Translations under genes and position numbers: made by a program | Notes under the pieces: generated by a model | Database searches by the model: none | What the model was told of the DNA's origin: nothing | The model's input: only the letters and a program-made list of their open reading frames with translations | Part shown: positions 51,301 through 64,000 of the stretch, piece by piece | Position numbering within the stretch: the stretch's first letter is position 1 | Layout: every line of letters begins with the position of its first letter | DNA from: Chiloscyllium plagiosum | Taxonomy: Eukaryota | Reading direction: 5' to 3' | Length of the DNA stretch: 64,000 nucleotides | Assembly: GCF_004010195.1 (NCBI RefSeq) | Contig: NC_057720.1 | Span: 30,103,829-30,167,828, forward strand

Positions 51301-53937
51301 GAGTCCTTTTTCAAGGATCTGGAGCTCCTGGGTGTGACCCCAAACAAGAGCAACAGGTGCAGGAGGCTGTGAAGCAGCTTCAGAGTGGAAAGGCGCCTGG
51401 CCCTAATGGACTTCCCAGCAAATTCTATAAGGAATTTATAGTCATACTGTCAGGCCCGAATGTCTCATACAGTCATGATCGCCTCCTGCCATCTCTGAGA
51501 GAAGCCAATATTTCGCTTATTCTTGAGAAAGGGAAGGTCCCGGAGGACTGTGCTTCGTATAGGCCCATTTCACTCTTAAATGTGGACTTTAAAATACTCT
51601 TGAAGACTCTTGTGTTCAGGCTGAAAACTGTGTTACTGTCTATTGTTAAAGAGGACCAGATGGGCTTCATGAAGGGCCGTAGATCCTCCAATAATGTTAG
51701 GAGGCTGCTTAATGTAATTCAAGCATGTCAACAACAGTCAATACAGGGATTGGTGATTTCTCAAGATGCAGAGGAGGCATTTGACCGAGTTGAGTTGCCG
51801 TACCTTTTTTATACTCTGGAGCGGTTTGGCTTAGGCGAAGCCTTTATAAGATGGGTAAAGGTTCTCTACAGTGACCTCTCGCTGTGGTCATCACCAATGG
51901 GGTCTGATCAAGCACTTTTAACATTTTTAGGGCAGCAGATAGGGCTGTCCCTTTTCGCCATTGCTGTTTACATTGGTGATTGAACTGTTGGCAGAGGCTA
52001 TTCGTAGGGATCCCAATACATAGGCTCCAGAAGTGGGGACAAAATTACGTAAGATTTCATCGTACGTGTCACAGAGGGGTTTATGTATTTGGGCATATTC
52101 AACACTCCAGTTCTTGATCGGTTGTTCAAAGCTAATTTTGTTCAATTATTCAACAAAATTAAACAAGACCTTCAAAGATGGGAGGCACTTCTGGTCTTAT
52201 GGTTGGTCGGGTACTGCTTATTAAGATGAATATTCCCCCCCCGTTTGTTGTACCCTATATGAACGCTCCCACGATTTTTGATAAGCAAATGTTCAGGAGA
52301 CTGAACGGCTGGTTCAGCTCTGTTATTTGGCATTGTAAGTGGTTCCTTATTAAATTAGCTAAACTACAATTGCCTCACAGACTGGGTGGAGTGGATCTCC
52401 CGGACATTAAAAGCTACGAACTAAGCTCGCTTTTATCTTACGTGAGTGATTAGGCTTGTGGGGATTCACTTTCAATATGGTTAGATATCGAAGCCTCCCT
52501 TACTAACTTGCTGTTTTTGGGCAAAACGAGGACAGTTACGGAATATCGCCAAATCCCAATAGTTATCAATACTAAGGCATGGAGGGCAATTCAGCAAAGG
52601 GAAGGCAGTATTGGCAAAACGTCTTCTCTTACACCTATAGTGGGTATGCCGGGTTTTCAACCAGAGATGATGGACTCAGGATTCAAACATTGAGAAGCTA
52701 GGGGTGTGTCTTGCATGGGTGATTTATTTCAGGGAGATACAATGATGTCCTTTGATCAGTTAGCATAGAATTACGAGTTATCTAACAGGGACTTCTCTGT
52801 TTTTTTTTCAAGTTAGGGATCTTGTTCAAAAAAAGACTACACTTTTGACTGATCCCTACAAATGCGACATAGAGAGGAGGGTGCTCAGTGCTAAGAGTAC
52901 ACTTTCTGTTAGCACTTTATATCATCAATTGGAGGGTACCCCCTCAGACGAGTTTGATTGGCCCCGCAGAGTGTTGGAGAGAGAGCTGGGCGTTGAGGTC
53001 TCCTCAGAGGCATGGCAAGATATTTGGAAAATGCAAGAAAGATATCAGTTATCAATAGAACCCATGCTTTACATTTGAAGATTCTTCACTGGGTCCACTT
53101 GGCTTTAGATCATTTGTCAAAATTTAAACTTCAACATGTCCCAAATGCAAGGTTGGTACGGGCACCCTTACACATTGTCTCTGGTCCTGTGATAGGCTTC
53201 AAATGTATTGGAGCACTGTGGCAGATGCAATGGAGGCAGTTTTGGGTGTAAGGGTGGAGAAGGACCCGATCTCTCTTCTTGTCCTGCCCAGTGTGTTCCC
53301 TGCAGATGCGCATAAGTAAAAACATTTCAACATCCTCACTTTCTGTGCAAGAAAGAATATCTTGTTAGGTTGGGTATCCAAAAACCCCCCAACATCCGTC
53401 GCCCCCCACCCCTCCCCATTCCCAGGCCTGTCGGTTTGGCAGAAGATTGTTATGGAGCATGTCCACTTGGATTTTGTTACAAGTATGGTACACCGCAGGA
53501 CTGAGAATTTCTACAAGACAATGGCGGCCCTTTTCGGAATACCTGGACACAGATTTGTCCACCACACTAATAAGGGCTTTTATATAGCTGTAACAATTGT
53601 GCTTTACAAGTCCAATATCCAGAGAGGGGGAACTGCGAATGTATGAATATGTGAAAATTAATGCTCTCGATATTCGAGAGTGCGTGTTTTGTTTGGCTGA
53701 GCTGGGTTATCATTATTTATTAGTTTGTTGTTGGTTATTATTTAGTTAGTTAAGTAGTTAGTTGGAGTTTTGTTTATATACATATTTTTCTATACAGACG
53801 TATACATTTGTATATGACGGCGGTTTGGGTTTTAAAATTTTTTGTGTTCTTTCTTTGTATTGTTTTGAATTGTGTTGTTTTGTATTTGTTGTAATACTAA
53901 AAATCTATTTTTCAACAAAAATATATTTAAAAAGAAA
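48367..53937 (+). mobile_element. Near full-length L1-clade LINE, decayed
   Basis: Starts GGGGGATCCAAGATGGCGG. ORF1 48539-49353 (coiled coil, DDLQNRGRRKNIR, FERAHR, FQDFS, RYPA). ORF2 from about 50014 (APE GGDF, SGKAPGPNG, YRPISLLNVDFKIL, C-terminal CPKC..THCLWSC). T-rich 3'UTR and A-rich end. Confidence 0.93.
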
Positions 53938-56900
53938 TCAAGTTCATGAGACACAATTCTCCATGCACAAAGCCATGTTGACTATCCCTAATCAGTCCTT
54001 GCCTTTCCAAATACATGTACATCCTGTCCCTCAGGATTCCCTCCAACAACTTGCCCACCACCGACATCAGGCTCACCGATCTATAGTTCCCTGGCTTGTC
54101 CTTACCGCCCTTCTTAAACAGTGGCACCACGTTAGCCAACTTCCAGTCTTATGGCACCTCACCTGTGACTTCCTACCGATGATACAAATATCTCAGCAAC
54201 AGGCCCAGCAATCACTTCCCTAGCTTCCTGTAGAGTTCTAGGGTAAATCAGATCAGGTCCTGGGGATTTATCCACTTTTATGTGTTTCAAGACATTCAGT
54301 ACTTCCTCCTCTGTAGAATGGACATTTTTTTAAGATGTCACCATCTATTTCCCGACATTCTATATCTTCCATGCCGTTCTCCACAGTAAATACTGATGCA
54401 AAATACTAATTTAGTATCTCCCCCATTTTCTGTGGCTCCACACAAAGAGTGCCTTGTTGATCTTTGAGGAGCCCTACTCACTCCCTCATTACCCTTTTTT
54501 CCTTAACGTATTTTTAAAAACCCTTTGGATTCTCCTTAACCCTATTTGCCAAAGCTATCTCATGTTACCCTTTTTGCACTCCTGATTTTCCTCTTACTCT
54601 TACTGCCTTCATACTCTGAGGACTCACTCAAACTATCCTGTCTACATGTGACCTATGCTTCCTTCTGTTTCTTAACCAAACCCTCAATTTCTTTAGTCAT
54701 CCAGCATTCCCTACAACTACCAGCCTTTCCTTTCACCCTAGTAGAAATATGTGTCTCTGAACTCTCGTTATCTCAGTTCTGAAGGCTTCCCATTTTCCAG
54801 CCATCCACTTACCTGCAAACATCTGCCCCCAATCAGCTTTTGAAAGGTCTTGCCTAATAATGTCAAAATTAGCCTTCCTCTAATTTAGAACTTCAACTTC
54901 TAGATCTGGTCTATCCTTTTCCATCACTATTTTAAAACTAACAGAACTATGGTCACTGGTCCCATTGTGCTCCCCCACTGACATCTCAGTCACCTGCCCT
55001 GCCTTATTTCCCAAGAGTAGGTAAAGTTTTCCACCTTCTCTAGTAGGTACATCCACATACTGAATCAGAAAACCTTCTTGTACACACTTAAATTCCTTTC
55101 CATCTAAACCCTTAACACTGTGGCAGTCCCAGTCTATGTCTGGAAAGTTAAAATCCCCTACCATAATCATCCTATTATCCTTAAAGATACCTGAGATCTC
55201 CTTTCAAGTTTGTTTCTCAATCTCCCTCTGACTATTGAGGGGTCTATAATACAATCCCAATAAGGTGATCATCCCTTTCTTATTTCTCAGTTCCACCCAA
55301 ATAACTTCCCTGGATGTATTTCCAGGAATAACCTCCCTCAGCAGATGTCATGCTACCCCTTATCAAAAATGCCACTCCCCCTTCTCTCTTGCCTCCCTTT
55401 CTGTCCTTCCTGTTCCTCCCTGAGCCAGGTTTCTGTAATTGCTATGATCGTGCCATGTTCCTAACCATGCCCTCCCTTTCTGTCCTTCCATGCCCTGAGC
55501 TCATCTGCCTACCCTGCTAGGCCTCTTGCATTGAAATACACTGTAAATGCAGTTTAATTTATCAGTCCAGCCTTGTTCTCTGCTTTGTCCCTGCCTGCTC
55601 TGACTGCTTGACTTGCTTCTTTTCTCAACTGTACCAGTCTCAGATTGATTTCTTTCCTCACTACCTTCCTGGGTCCCCCCACTCCCCCACCCCATCTTAC
55701 TAGCTTAAATCCTCCCGAGCAGCTCTCGCAAATCTCCCTGCCATTATGTTAGTCCCCTTCCAATTCATCTTTCTGGTACACGTCACTCCTACCCCAGAAG
55801 AGATTCTAATGATCCAAATATATGAATCCTTCTCCCATACACCAGCTCCTCAGCCATGCATTCATCTGCTCTTTCCTCATATTCCTACCCTCACTAGCTC
55901 GTAGCACCGAAAGCAATATTACTACTCTCAAGGACCTCCTTTTTAAATTCCTGCTGAACTCTCCATATTCTCCCATCGGAATCTCATCCTTTTCCCTTCC
56001 TATGTCATTGGTACCAATGTGTACAATGACCTCCTGCTGGGCCATCTTCCCTTTGATAACAGTCTGCATCCTCTCCGAGACATCCTTGATCCTGGCATCA
56101 GGGAGGCAACACACCATTCTGATTTTTCGCTGCTGGCCACAGAAACATCTGTCTGTGCCTCGGATTAGACAGTCCTTGAACACAATCAACCTCTTGGAAC
56201 CTGGCATACCCAACATTGCATTAGAGCCAGTCTCGATACCAGAAAATTGGCTGTTAATGCGACATTGCCCTGAGAATCCATCACCTATATTTTCCAAAAC
56301 AGCATACTTATTTGAAATGGGGATCGCCACAGAAGACTCTTGCACTACCTGCCTACCTCTCTTACCTTTCCTGGAGTTAATCCATCTATGCGGCTCTCTC
56401 TGCGACTTTTCTCCCTTCCTATAACTACCATCCATCACACGACTTTGCGACTGTAAATTCCTCATTGCCTTTAACTGTCGCTCCAACCGATCCATTCGAT
56501 CTGATAAGATTCGCAGCCAACGGCATTTATTGCAGGTATAATCCCCAGTAACACTTTTAAAGATTTGAGATGGCCCAGGGAATCCCTTGTGGACACAGAC
56601 CTATAAAGCCTCTCTCTTGGTTCGTCCTGGAGATCGTACTCTTTGGAAGTCTGGAATAAAAACCTCTTACAACACAGATTAGTTTAATTTTAGCCATCCC
56701 CTTTATTCACTGATAGCATCACTGTTGCAATATAACACTGACACCTATAAGCTAAATTAACTAGGTTCTAATAACCTAGGAGAGTAGGGTACCAGCTCTT
56801 CAAGTGCCCCAGCAGGCTGCTCCAATGTACTGATACAAAGTGGCTTCCTTTATACAAACATTTACAAGAACATTGCATGTTCTTAATTAGACAGATAACA

Positions 56901-58605
56901 GTGAAAGACAATAATTTGTAAGGAAGAAAAGTTATTTGACAGATTGGTGTGCGCTTGACTGATCACTCCTACAGGCCTTGAGCTATCCATCAGGTGGGAA
57001 AAATAAATCCAACTAAGTTGGGCATCTGCTGGTGAGATAAGTTCCTATAAAGAAGTACCAGTCTAAATTAAGTGGGAGATGTCACAAGGTAACCTTGCAC
57101 AGCTCGCATGTCTAATATTATTGTTTTACGAAATGGCTTCTTAGCAAGGAGGGCAAACTTTTGACCATAAAATGGCTTCCTGACTGATTATGTCAGAATC
57201 TCTTCAATGTTTGGTTTAGAATAATTTTAAGCTGGGAGCAGATTCCTGCTTTTTATCTTCAGCACTGAATCATTCTGTATCTGAGGCTGAAATGTTACTG
57301 CAAGGTTGTATTTAAAATGATTCATTCGTCTCGAATTAAACATGCCTTCTTTTCAAGTTTGTGATTCAAATTCAAATAAAACGTAAGATCTGATTAGTTA
57401 GAATTGACAGTGGTGCAGTCTGTAATGTCTGTAGAGTGGTCTGCAAGAACAGCAAGTAAGTTAGGGCTTCATCAATATTACTTCACAGACTTTGTATTTA
57501 ATAACTGGTAATGGCTACTCAATATCATCATAAAGTCCCAAAATGCAATTAAATTCAATACAAAGCAGATAAGCACTAAGAGTTAATTTTCCACTGGATT
57601 CAACAGCCTCAGCACCAAAATGGTCTCTCTCTCTCTCTCTCTAGTGTCCTTTTGAACTCTCAAGTCAGGGTTTTGTAACAGCAAAGATTTCTTTTTCTCT
57701 GTTTCTGCCCGCTTGCAACGGGTAATAAGAATCTGTTATAATTGGCAGCATCTAACCGTTAATTACAAAGTTTTTGATAGTACTGAGTTTGATTTCACAG
57801 TCAGAATCAAACGCTGTCATTAATTTCATAAGGGAACAGCTGTGAACGCTATCACTTGGTGTCCTGTTCACGCAGATTCACCGATGCTAAGGCAAATGTT
57901 CTTAATTGTCTTATAGCACCCTGTTATCACTTGGTAAGCCCAGGTGTCCCTATCTTTTGCATTCTTTAAGATCCCCCTTTTTCTGAGCCTTCCTGCCTGT
58001 GGAGTAAATGTGTTCTATAATTCAGCATTACATTTTAGTCTAAATGCTTAAAGACATGTTTTCAGGCTGTAGACTTTCTCAACACGTAAACTCTCCCTAA
58101 ACTCCCACATCTAACAAGAAGAGAATATCACTCTACTAAAGGCCATTTTTGCTTCTTCCGATCTACAGATTCAGAAAATAGCACCATCTTAATTCTCTAC
58201 AAAACACTGCTCCAGGCTAACTTAATACTTATGGCTTACATTTTAAGTTTTATCAAGAGATATATCTCAATAAAACAATAAAACATATAATCAAGAAAGA
58301 ACCCACTCTACTCACTATTGTAGGTTTACAGCAAGGCTATACTTAAAATTATTCACTTGTCTGTCTATGTGCTGTGACCCCTCCCAAACAGGTTCCTCCA
58401 AGATCAGTTGTGAATTTCACAGTTTGTTAATTTTCCTACTTGCTCTCCGATGTCCAGCGATACGTGAATTCAACAGCAAAGGCAGTAATTGTGCAGGATC
58501 ACTGCTGTGTCACTTAGCAGTGTGGGTTTCTTTCTCTCTCTCTTTCTCCTGCACTCACCTGGTTATGTGCTGCCTATTGTCTGTCCCTCTCCCTTTTAAA
58601 AGTGC
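53933..58605 (-). mobile_element. 5' half of a CR1 LINE (same family as 7170-11991), interrupted at 56555-58080
   Basis: 5'UTR homologous to 7355-7810; ORF1 55806-56495 esterase; APE and RT start (NYRSVSL). Truncated at the L1 tail. Confidence 0.93.
56555..58080 (-). mobile_element. Unclassified 1.5-kb insertion, probably a solo LTR
   Basis: Interrupts CR1 with aacac duplicated on both sides. Minus-strand TATAAA (~56850) lies about 145 bp upstream of AATAAA (~56705). No ORF. Confidence 0.55.
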
Positions 58606-59470
58606 CATGGAAACAGACCCTTCAATCCAACCTGTTCATGCTGACCAGATATCCCAACCCAATCTAGTCCCACCTGCCAGCACCCAGCCCATATCCCTCC
58701 AAACCCTTCCTATTCATATACCCATCCAAATGCCTTTTAAATGTTGCAATTGTACCAGCCTCCGCCACTTCCTCTGGCAGCTCATTCCATTCACGTACCA
58801 CCCTCTGCGTGAAAACGTTGCCTAGGTCTCTCATTTTATAGACCTCTATAAGGTCACCCCTCAGCCTCCGACGGTCCAGGAAAAACAGCCCCAGCCTGTT
58901 CAGCCTTTCCCTATAGCTCAAATCCTCCAACCCTAGCAACATCCTTGTAAATCTTTTCTGAACCCTTTTAAGTATCACAACATCTTTCCAATAGGAAGAC
59001 CAGAATTGCACACAATATTCCAACAGTGGCCTAACCAATGTCCAGTACAGCCGCAACATGACCTCACAACTCCTGTACTCAATACTCTAACCAATAAAGG
59101 AAAGCATACCTAACGTCGCCCTCACTATCCTATCTACCTGCATTTGTGGGCGGCACGGTGGCACAGTGGTTAGCACTGCTGCCTCACAGCGCCTGAGACC
59201 CGGGTTCAATTCCCACCTCAGGCGACTGACTGTGTGGAGTTTGCACGTTCTCCCCGTGTCTGCGTGGGTTTCCTCCGGGTGCTCCGGTTTCCTCCCACAG
59301 TCCAAAAAGATGTGCAGGGTCAGGTGAATTGGCCATGCTAAATTGCCCCTAGTGTTAGGTAAGGGGTAAATGTAGGGGTATGGGTGGGTTTCGCTTCGGC
59401 GGGTCGGTGTGGACTTGTTGGGCCGAAGGGCCTGTTTCTACACTGTAATGTAATCTACCTGCAACTCCAG
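58606..59470 (-). mobile_element. CR1 3' fragment with nested HE1 SINE (59147-59453, plus)
   Basis: RT C-terminal peptide in ORF 58664-59059; SINE flanked by an atctacctgca TSD. Confidence 0.92.
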
Positions 59471-60264
59471 TTTCCTTCGAGTGCTCCAGTTCCTGTCCAT
59501 AGCCTAAAGATGTGCATGTTAGGTGGATTGGACATTGGAAATGCAAAGTTTCAGGGATAGAGTAGGTCTGGGTGAGATGTCCTTCAGAGGATCAGTATGG
59601 ACATGGTGGACTGAATAGCCTGCTTTCACACTGTAGGGATTCTATGGAATTCATCAATGGTAATGACATTAACAATCAAGGGGAGATAGTTTATATTCTC
59701 TCTTGTTGATGATCATTCCATGGCACTTATCTGGTACAAATGTTACTCGATAGTTATTAGTTCAAGTTTGAATGGTGTCAACACCTTACTACCTGCAGGC
59801 ATGAAAAGATTTATTCTCTGAGGAATTACAAATGGAACTGAACACTGCATCATCAATGAACAACCCCATGTTTGACCTTATGGCAGATGAATAGTTTCTG
59901 GTGGCTGTGAGTGCATCTCATCAATTTTCAGATTGTGCAGCAAACAGCAAATCAGCACAGATCTGGGCACCTTCGCAGCTGAGTATTGCACATCTGTTTC
60001 AGCACCCAATGCTGTTCAGTGTTACACCTGTTGGCAGAGGTGCTCTCATTGCATGAATGTTCAGTTAGTGCCTGGGATTTATCAATGCAGAAATAGCAGA
60101 GGTATCCATTGTCATCTGGAGTCAGAAATCTGCATTGTCTTAGGTCTCAGATTGTAGACATATACTGCAGGTTTCTGGATAACAAGTACAAGGTGCTATC
60201 AGTGTTGGAGACATGTTGCCCAATGAGGGAGTTAAATTTTTGCCCATTCTTGAGCAACCAGGAG

Positions 60265-60368
60265 GAAGTGAGGACAGCTGACGAGGAGCTTATGCTCGAA
60301 ATGCCGACTCTTCTACTCCTCGGATGCTGCCTGACCGGCTATCTTTTCCAGCACCACATTTTTTGACT
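60265..60368 (+). mobile_element. Penelope family A variant with decayed hammerhead
   Basis: CTGACGA-gGAGCttatGCTC-GAAA followed by the family A tail ggatgctgcctgacc...ttttccagcaccaca. Confidence 0.65.
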
Positions 60369-60537
60369 CATTCTTGAACAACCGCAAAGTGTAAATGAGG
60401 GCTTTACATAGGCAGGTTTGTAGTCAAAGGCGACTTGGATCACAGGGAAGGTCACCAGCCTATTAAATACTACAACCATCTACCTCTGGCACAATCTGGA
60501 AACAGAAAGTGGAAAGTCATATGTCCTATGTTCACTG

Positions 60538-61660
60538 TCAACGGGGGTGGTACCAGGGGACTGGAGAGTGGCGAATGTTGTGCCCCTGTTCAAAAAAGGG
60601 AATAGGGATAACCCCGGGAATTACAGGCCAGTTAGTCTTACTTCGGTGGTAGGCAAAGTAATGGAAAGGGTACTGAGGGATAGGATTTATGAGTATCTGG
60701 AAAGACACTGCTTGATTAGGGACAGCCAGCACAGATTTGTGAAGGGTAGGTCTTGCCTTACAAGTCGTTTTGAATTCTTTGAGGAGGTGACCAAGCATGT
60801 GGATGAGGGTAGAGCAGTGGATGTAGTATACATGGATTTTAGTAAGGCATTTCATAAGGTTCCCCATGGTAGGCTTATGCGGAAAGTCAAGAGGCATGGG
60901 ATAGAGGGAAATTTGGCCAAATGGATAGAAAACTGGCTAACCGGTCGAAGGCAGAGAGTGGTGGTAGATGGTAAATACTCAGCCTGGAGCCCAGTTACAA
61001 GTGGAGTTCCGCAGGGACCAGTTCTGGGTCCTCTGCTGTTTGTAATTTTTATTAATGACTTGGAAGAGGGAGTCGAAGAGTGGGTCAGTAAATTTGCAGA
61101 NNNNNNNNNNNNNNNNNNNNNNNNNNNNNNNNNNNNNNNNNNNNNNNNNNNNNNNNNNNNNNCGTTCATTAGCAGAGGGATTGAGTTCAAGAGTCGTGAA
61201 GTGATGTTGCAGCTGTACAGGAATTTGGTTAGGCCACAGTTTGAGTACTGTGTGCAGTTCTGGTCGCTTCACTTTAGGAAAGATGTGGAAGCTTTGGAGG
61301 GGGTGCAGAGGAGATTTACCAGGATGTTGCCTGGAATGGAGAGGAAGTCGTACGAGGATAGGTTGAGAGTTCTCGGCCTTTTCTCGTTGGAACGGCGAAG
61401 GATGAGGGGTGACTTGATAGAGGTTTATAAGATGATCAGAGGAATAGATAGAGTAGACAGTCAGAAACCTTTTCCCCGGGTGCAACAGAGTGTTACAAGG
61501 GGACATAAATTTAAGGTGAAGGGTGGAAGGTATAGGGGAGATGTCAGGGGTGGGTTCTTTACCCAGAGAGTGGTGGGGGAATGGAATGCACTGCCTGTGG
61601 GAGTGGCAGAGTTAGAATCTTTGGTGACCTTCTGTGCTGTATTGTTCTATGTTCTATATG
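60538..61660 (+). mobile_element. Young CR1 RT fragment spanning an assembly gap
   Basis: No stops in the RT frame on either side of the N run; ttctatgttctat tail. Confidence 0.93.
61101..61162. other. Assembly gap (62 N)
   Basis: N run. Confidence 1.
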
Positions 61661-62807
61661 TGCACAGAGAATTAGGATATATGAGTTATATATCTCATAT
61701 GTAACTGAAGTAGCCTGAAGGTCTCTGGCAAGAAATATTAATGCCACTGTGGCCTTGACAGCCACATTAAATGCATGGGATCAAGTGACATTTCAGCCTT
61801 CACTCCATGAAGCCAAAGATTTCTTTGACAACCTCTTTAGTAAAGTGCAGCCTCCTTATGAGCTCAGGCTGGATCACCTGAACATAGCAGTACTGCAGTC
61901 TGAAGAGAATGGGTGGAGAAGGTATTTGCTGAGATAAGACATTATCCATTTACAATAAAGAGAACACAAATTTCATTGTGCAACAAGTGGGTTATAATCT
62001 TTGGACTTCTCTTTGAGAATATGCAAGACAAAAATTACTTTTGCATTCTCAGGGAATTGAGAATTATCATGATAAGGCAGTAAGTTGGTGGTAGAAGACG
62101 AAACACAATCTCACTGAATAGTGGAACAAACTCAATGGATCTAATGGTGCACACTTTCCATGATTTATGTATCCACACAAGCTGAATTGAGACGGCCCAA
62201 AGTGATCTTATTTAGACTTTTAGAATTCCCTCCCCACCACTGGTTCAAGTTTATGTTATTTAAACCCAAATTAAGTTACATCCTATAACTCATGTTGAGT
62301 ACATATGAAAAAAAGTCATATTAATTAAACTTTTCATCTTGTACTCATCAGGACAGAAGCAAGAATGCCTAAGTTCAAAGGGTGTAATACATTACACTGT
62401 AGAAGAAAAGGATGTTGATTATTTGGCAAATTAACTATGATTGGTTGAGCCATTGCCACAGTGTAAGAATTAGAGAACTGGTGCTACCCACTCTTTAATA
62501 GTTTAAAAAAGCAATTCCTGGGGCTACTGGGGATCCCTGCACAGCACCATCTATTTGGGCAGAGATGATGTCATCTGGTGCTGCATGCAAGAAATTCCTT
62601 ATATAACTTAAAAGCTCTTCAGCCCTCAAAACTAAGCTTAATGACTTTGTGTCCTTTTTGCATTAAAAAGAGTGCAGCCAATAATTCCTCAGTGAAATCA
62701 CTATGGCAATGCCTCAACTAGAGTCAATTTGCCAACAATCAGCCATACCTTTTCTTGCGATATTAATTGCTGCTGCTTTTAAAGTTTGGGATGGGAAGTG
62801 GGAAGTT

Positions 62808-63132
62808 AGGGCAGCACGGTAGCTCAGAGGTTAGCACTGCTGCCTCACAGCGCCAGGTACCTGGACTCAATTCCAGTTTTGGGCGACTGTGTGGAGTTTG
62901 CACATTCTTATGTCTGCATGGGTTTCGACCAGGTGCTCCAGTTTCCTCCCACAATCCAAAGATGTACAGGTTAGGTAGATTGGCCATGCTGAAGTGCCCC
63001 ATAGTGTGTAGGCTATGTGGGTTAGTCTTCATAAATGTAAGGTTACAGGGATGACATGGGTGTGATACTCCTTGGAGGGTCAGTAAAAGTTCGATGGGCT
63101 GAATTTCAAAACTACCGGGATTCTATGACTCA
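62808..63132 (+). mobile_element. HE1-type SINE, diverged
   Basis: gggcagcacggtagctcagaggttagcactgc head, V-domain, ttctatgact tail. Confidence 0.88.
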
Positions 63133-63136
63133 TTCT

Positions 63137-63895
63137 TGCATCTATCACGAAAAGTGCAAGTCAAACCTTTTGGAAGAAGCAACAGGAGTAAAGAGTACTG
63201 GACTAATGGTAAAATTCTTTGCAGTGTCGATGAACAGAGAGATGTCGGTGTCCATATACATAGATCTCTGCAAGTTGCCACCCAGGTTGATCGGGTTGTT
63301 AAGGCGGCATACAGTGTGTTAGCTTTTATTAGTAGAGGGATTGAGTTTTAGAACCATGAGGTCATGCCGCAGTTGTACAAAACTGCACTTGGACTACTGC
63401 ATACAGTTCTGGTTACCTCATTATAGGAAGAATGTGGAAGTTTCGGAAAGGGTTCAGAGATTTACTAGGATATTGCCTAGAATGGAGGGAAAATCTTATG
63501 AGGAAAGGCTGAGGGACTTGAAACTGTTTTCGTTAGAGAAACGTTTCAGAGGTGACTTAATTGAGACATATAAGATAATCAGAGGGTTAGATAGGGTGGA
63601 CAGTGAGAGCCTTTTTCCTTGGATGGTGATGGTTAGTACAAGGGGACATAGCTTTAAACTGAGGGTTGATAGATATAGGACAGATGCCAGAGGTAGTTTC
63701 TTTACTCAGAAAGTAGTAGGGGCGTGGAACGCACGGCCTGCATCAGTAATAGACTCGCCAGATTTAAGTTCATTTAAATGGCCGTTGGATAAACATATGG
63801 ATGAAAATGGAATAGTGTAGGTGAGATGGGCTTCAGATTGGTTTCACAGGTTGGCACAATATCGAGGGCCTATACTGCACTGTAATGTTCTATGT
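63137..63895 (+). mobile_element. CR1 3' fragment
   Basis: LDYCIQFWLP...FFTQKVVGAWN peptide; gttctatgt tail. Confidence 0.92.
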
Positions 63896-64000
63896 AGAAC
63901 TTTTGTTCATCAATTACAAGCCTAAAAGGCATAAACAACATTCACAGTTAGAAACTACTACAATCAGGCTTCAAGTGTTTTGTTTCTCACCTTTGCCATC

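Noticed and set aside
55822..56424. 200-aa plus-strand ORF (similarly 37257-37748 and 60979-61506 on minus)
   Set aside because: These are antisense shadows of CR1 coding regions.
1..64000. CRISPR arrays, prokaryotic operons, retron or DGR-type RT systems
   Set aside because: This is eukaryotic intron-rich DNA. All RT motifs belong to CR1, L1, gypsy or Penelope elements, and there are no repeat-spacer arrays.

Overview
Vertebrate genomic DNA, almost certainly a shark or other elasmobranch (inferred from HE1-type V-SINEs and HER1/CR1 LINEs). The only host gene I can support is a minus-strand fatty-acid amide hydrolase (FAAH / vitamin D3 hydroxylase-associated protein-like) gene. Its coding exons 1-8 were traced by hand (42967 down to 1240; 1212 nt, 404 codons, open across GT-AG junctions, Lys-Ser-Ser triad intact); later exons lie off the left edge. 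The rest is mostly retroelements: many CR1 LINEs (two near full length, plus one 5' half), a decayed near-full-length L1, a two-LTR Gmr1-type gypsy element (SCAN-gag, integrase upstream of RT), solo LTR candidates, HE1 SINEs, a Penelope GIY-YIG fragment and a tRNA-Thr(UGU)-like gene. The most striking signal is a set of about 13 short Penelope-derived inserts in three families, many bounded by target-site duplications. They are often hairpin-shaped, and most carry minimal hammerhead-ribozyme cores (CUGANGA-stem II-GAAA-palindrome-UH). One is a perfect 96-bp-arm palindrome with a ribozyme core on each strand.
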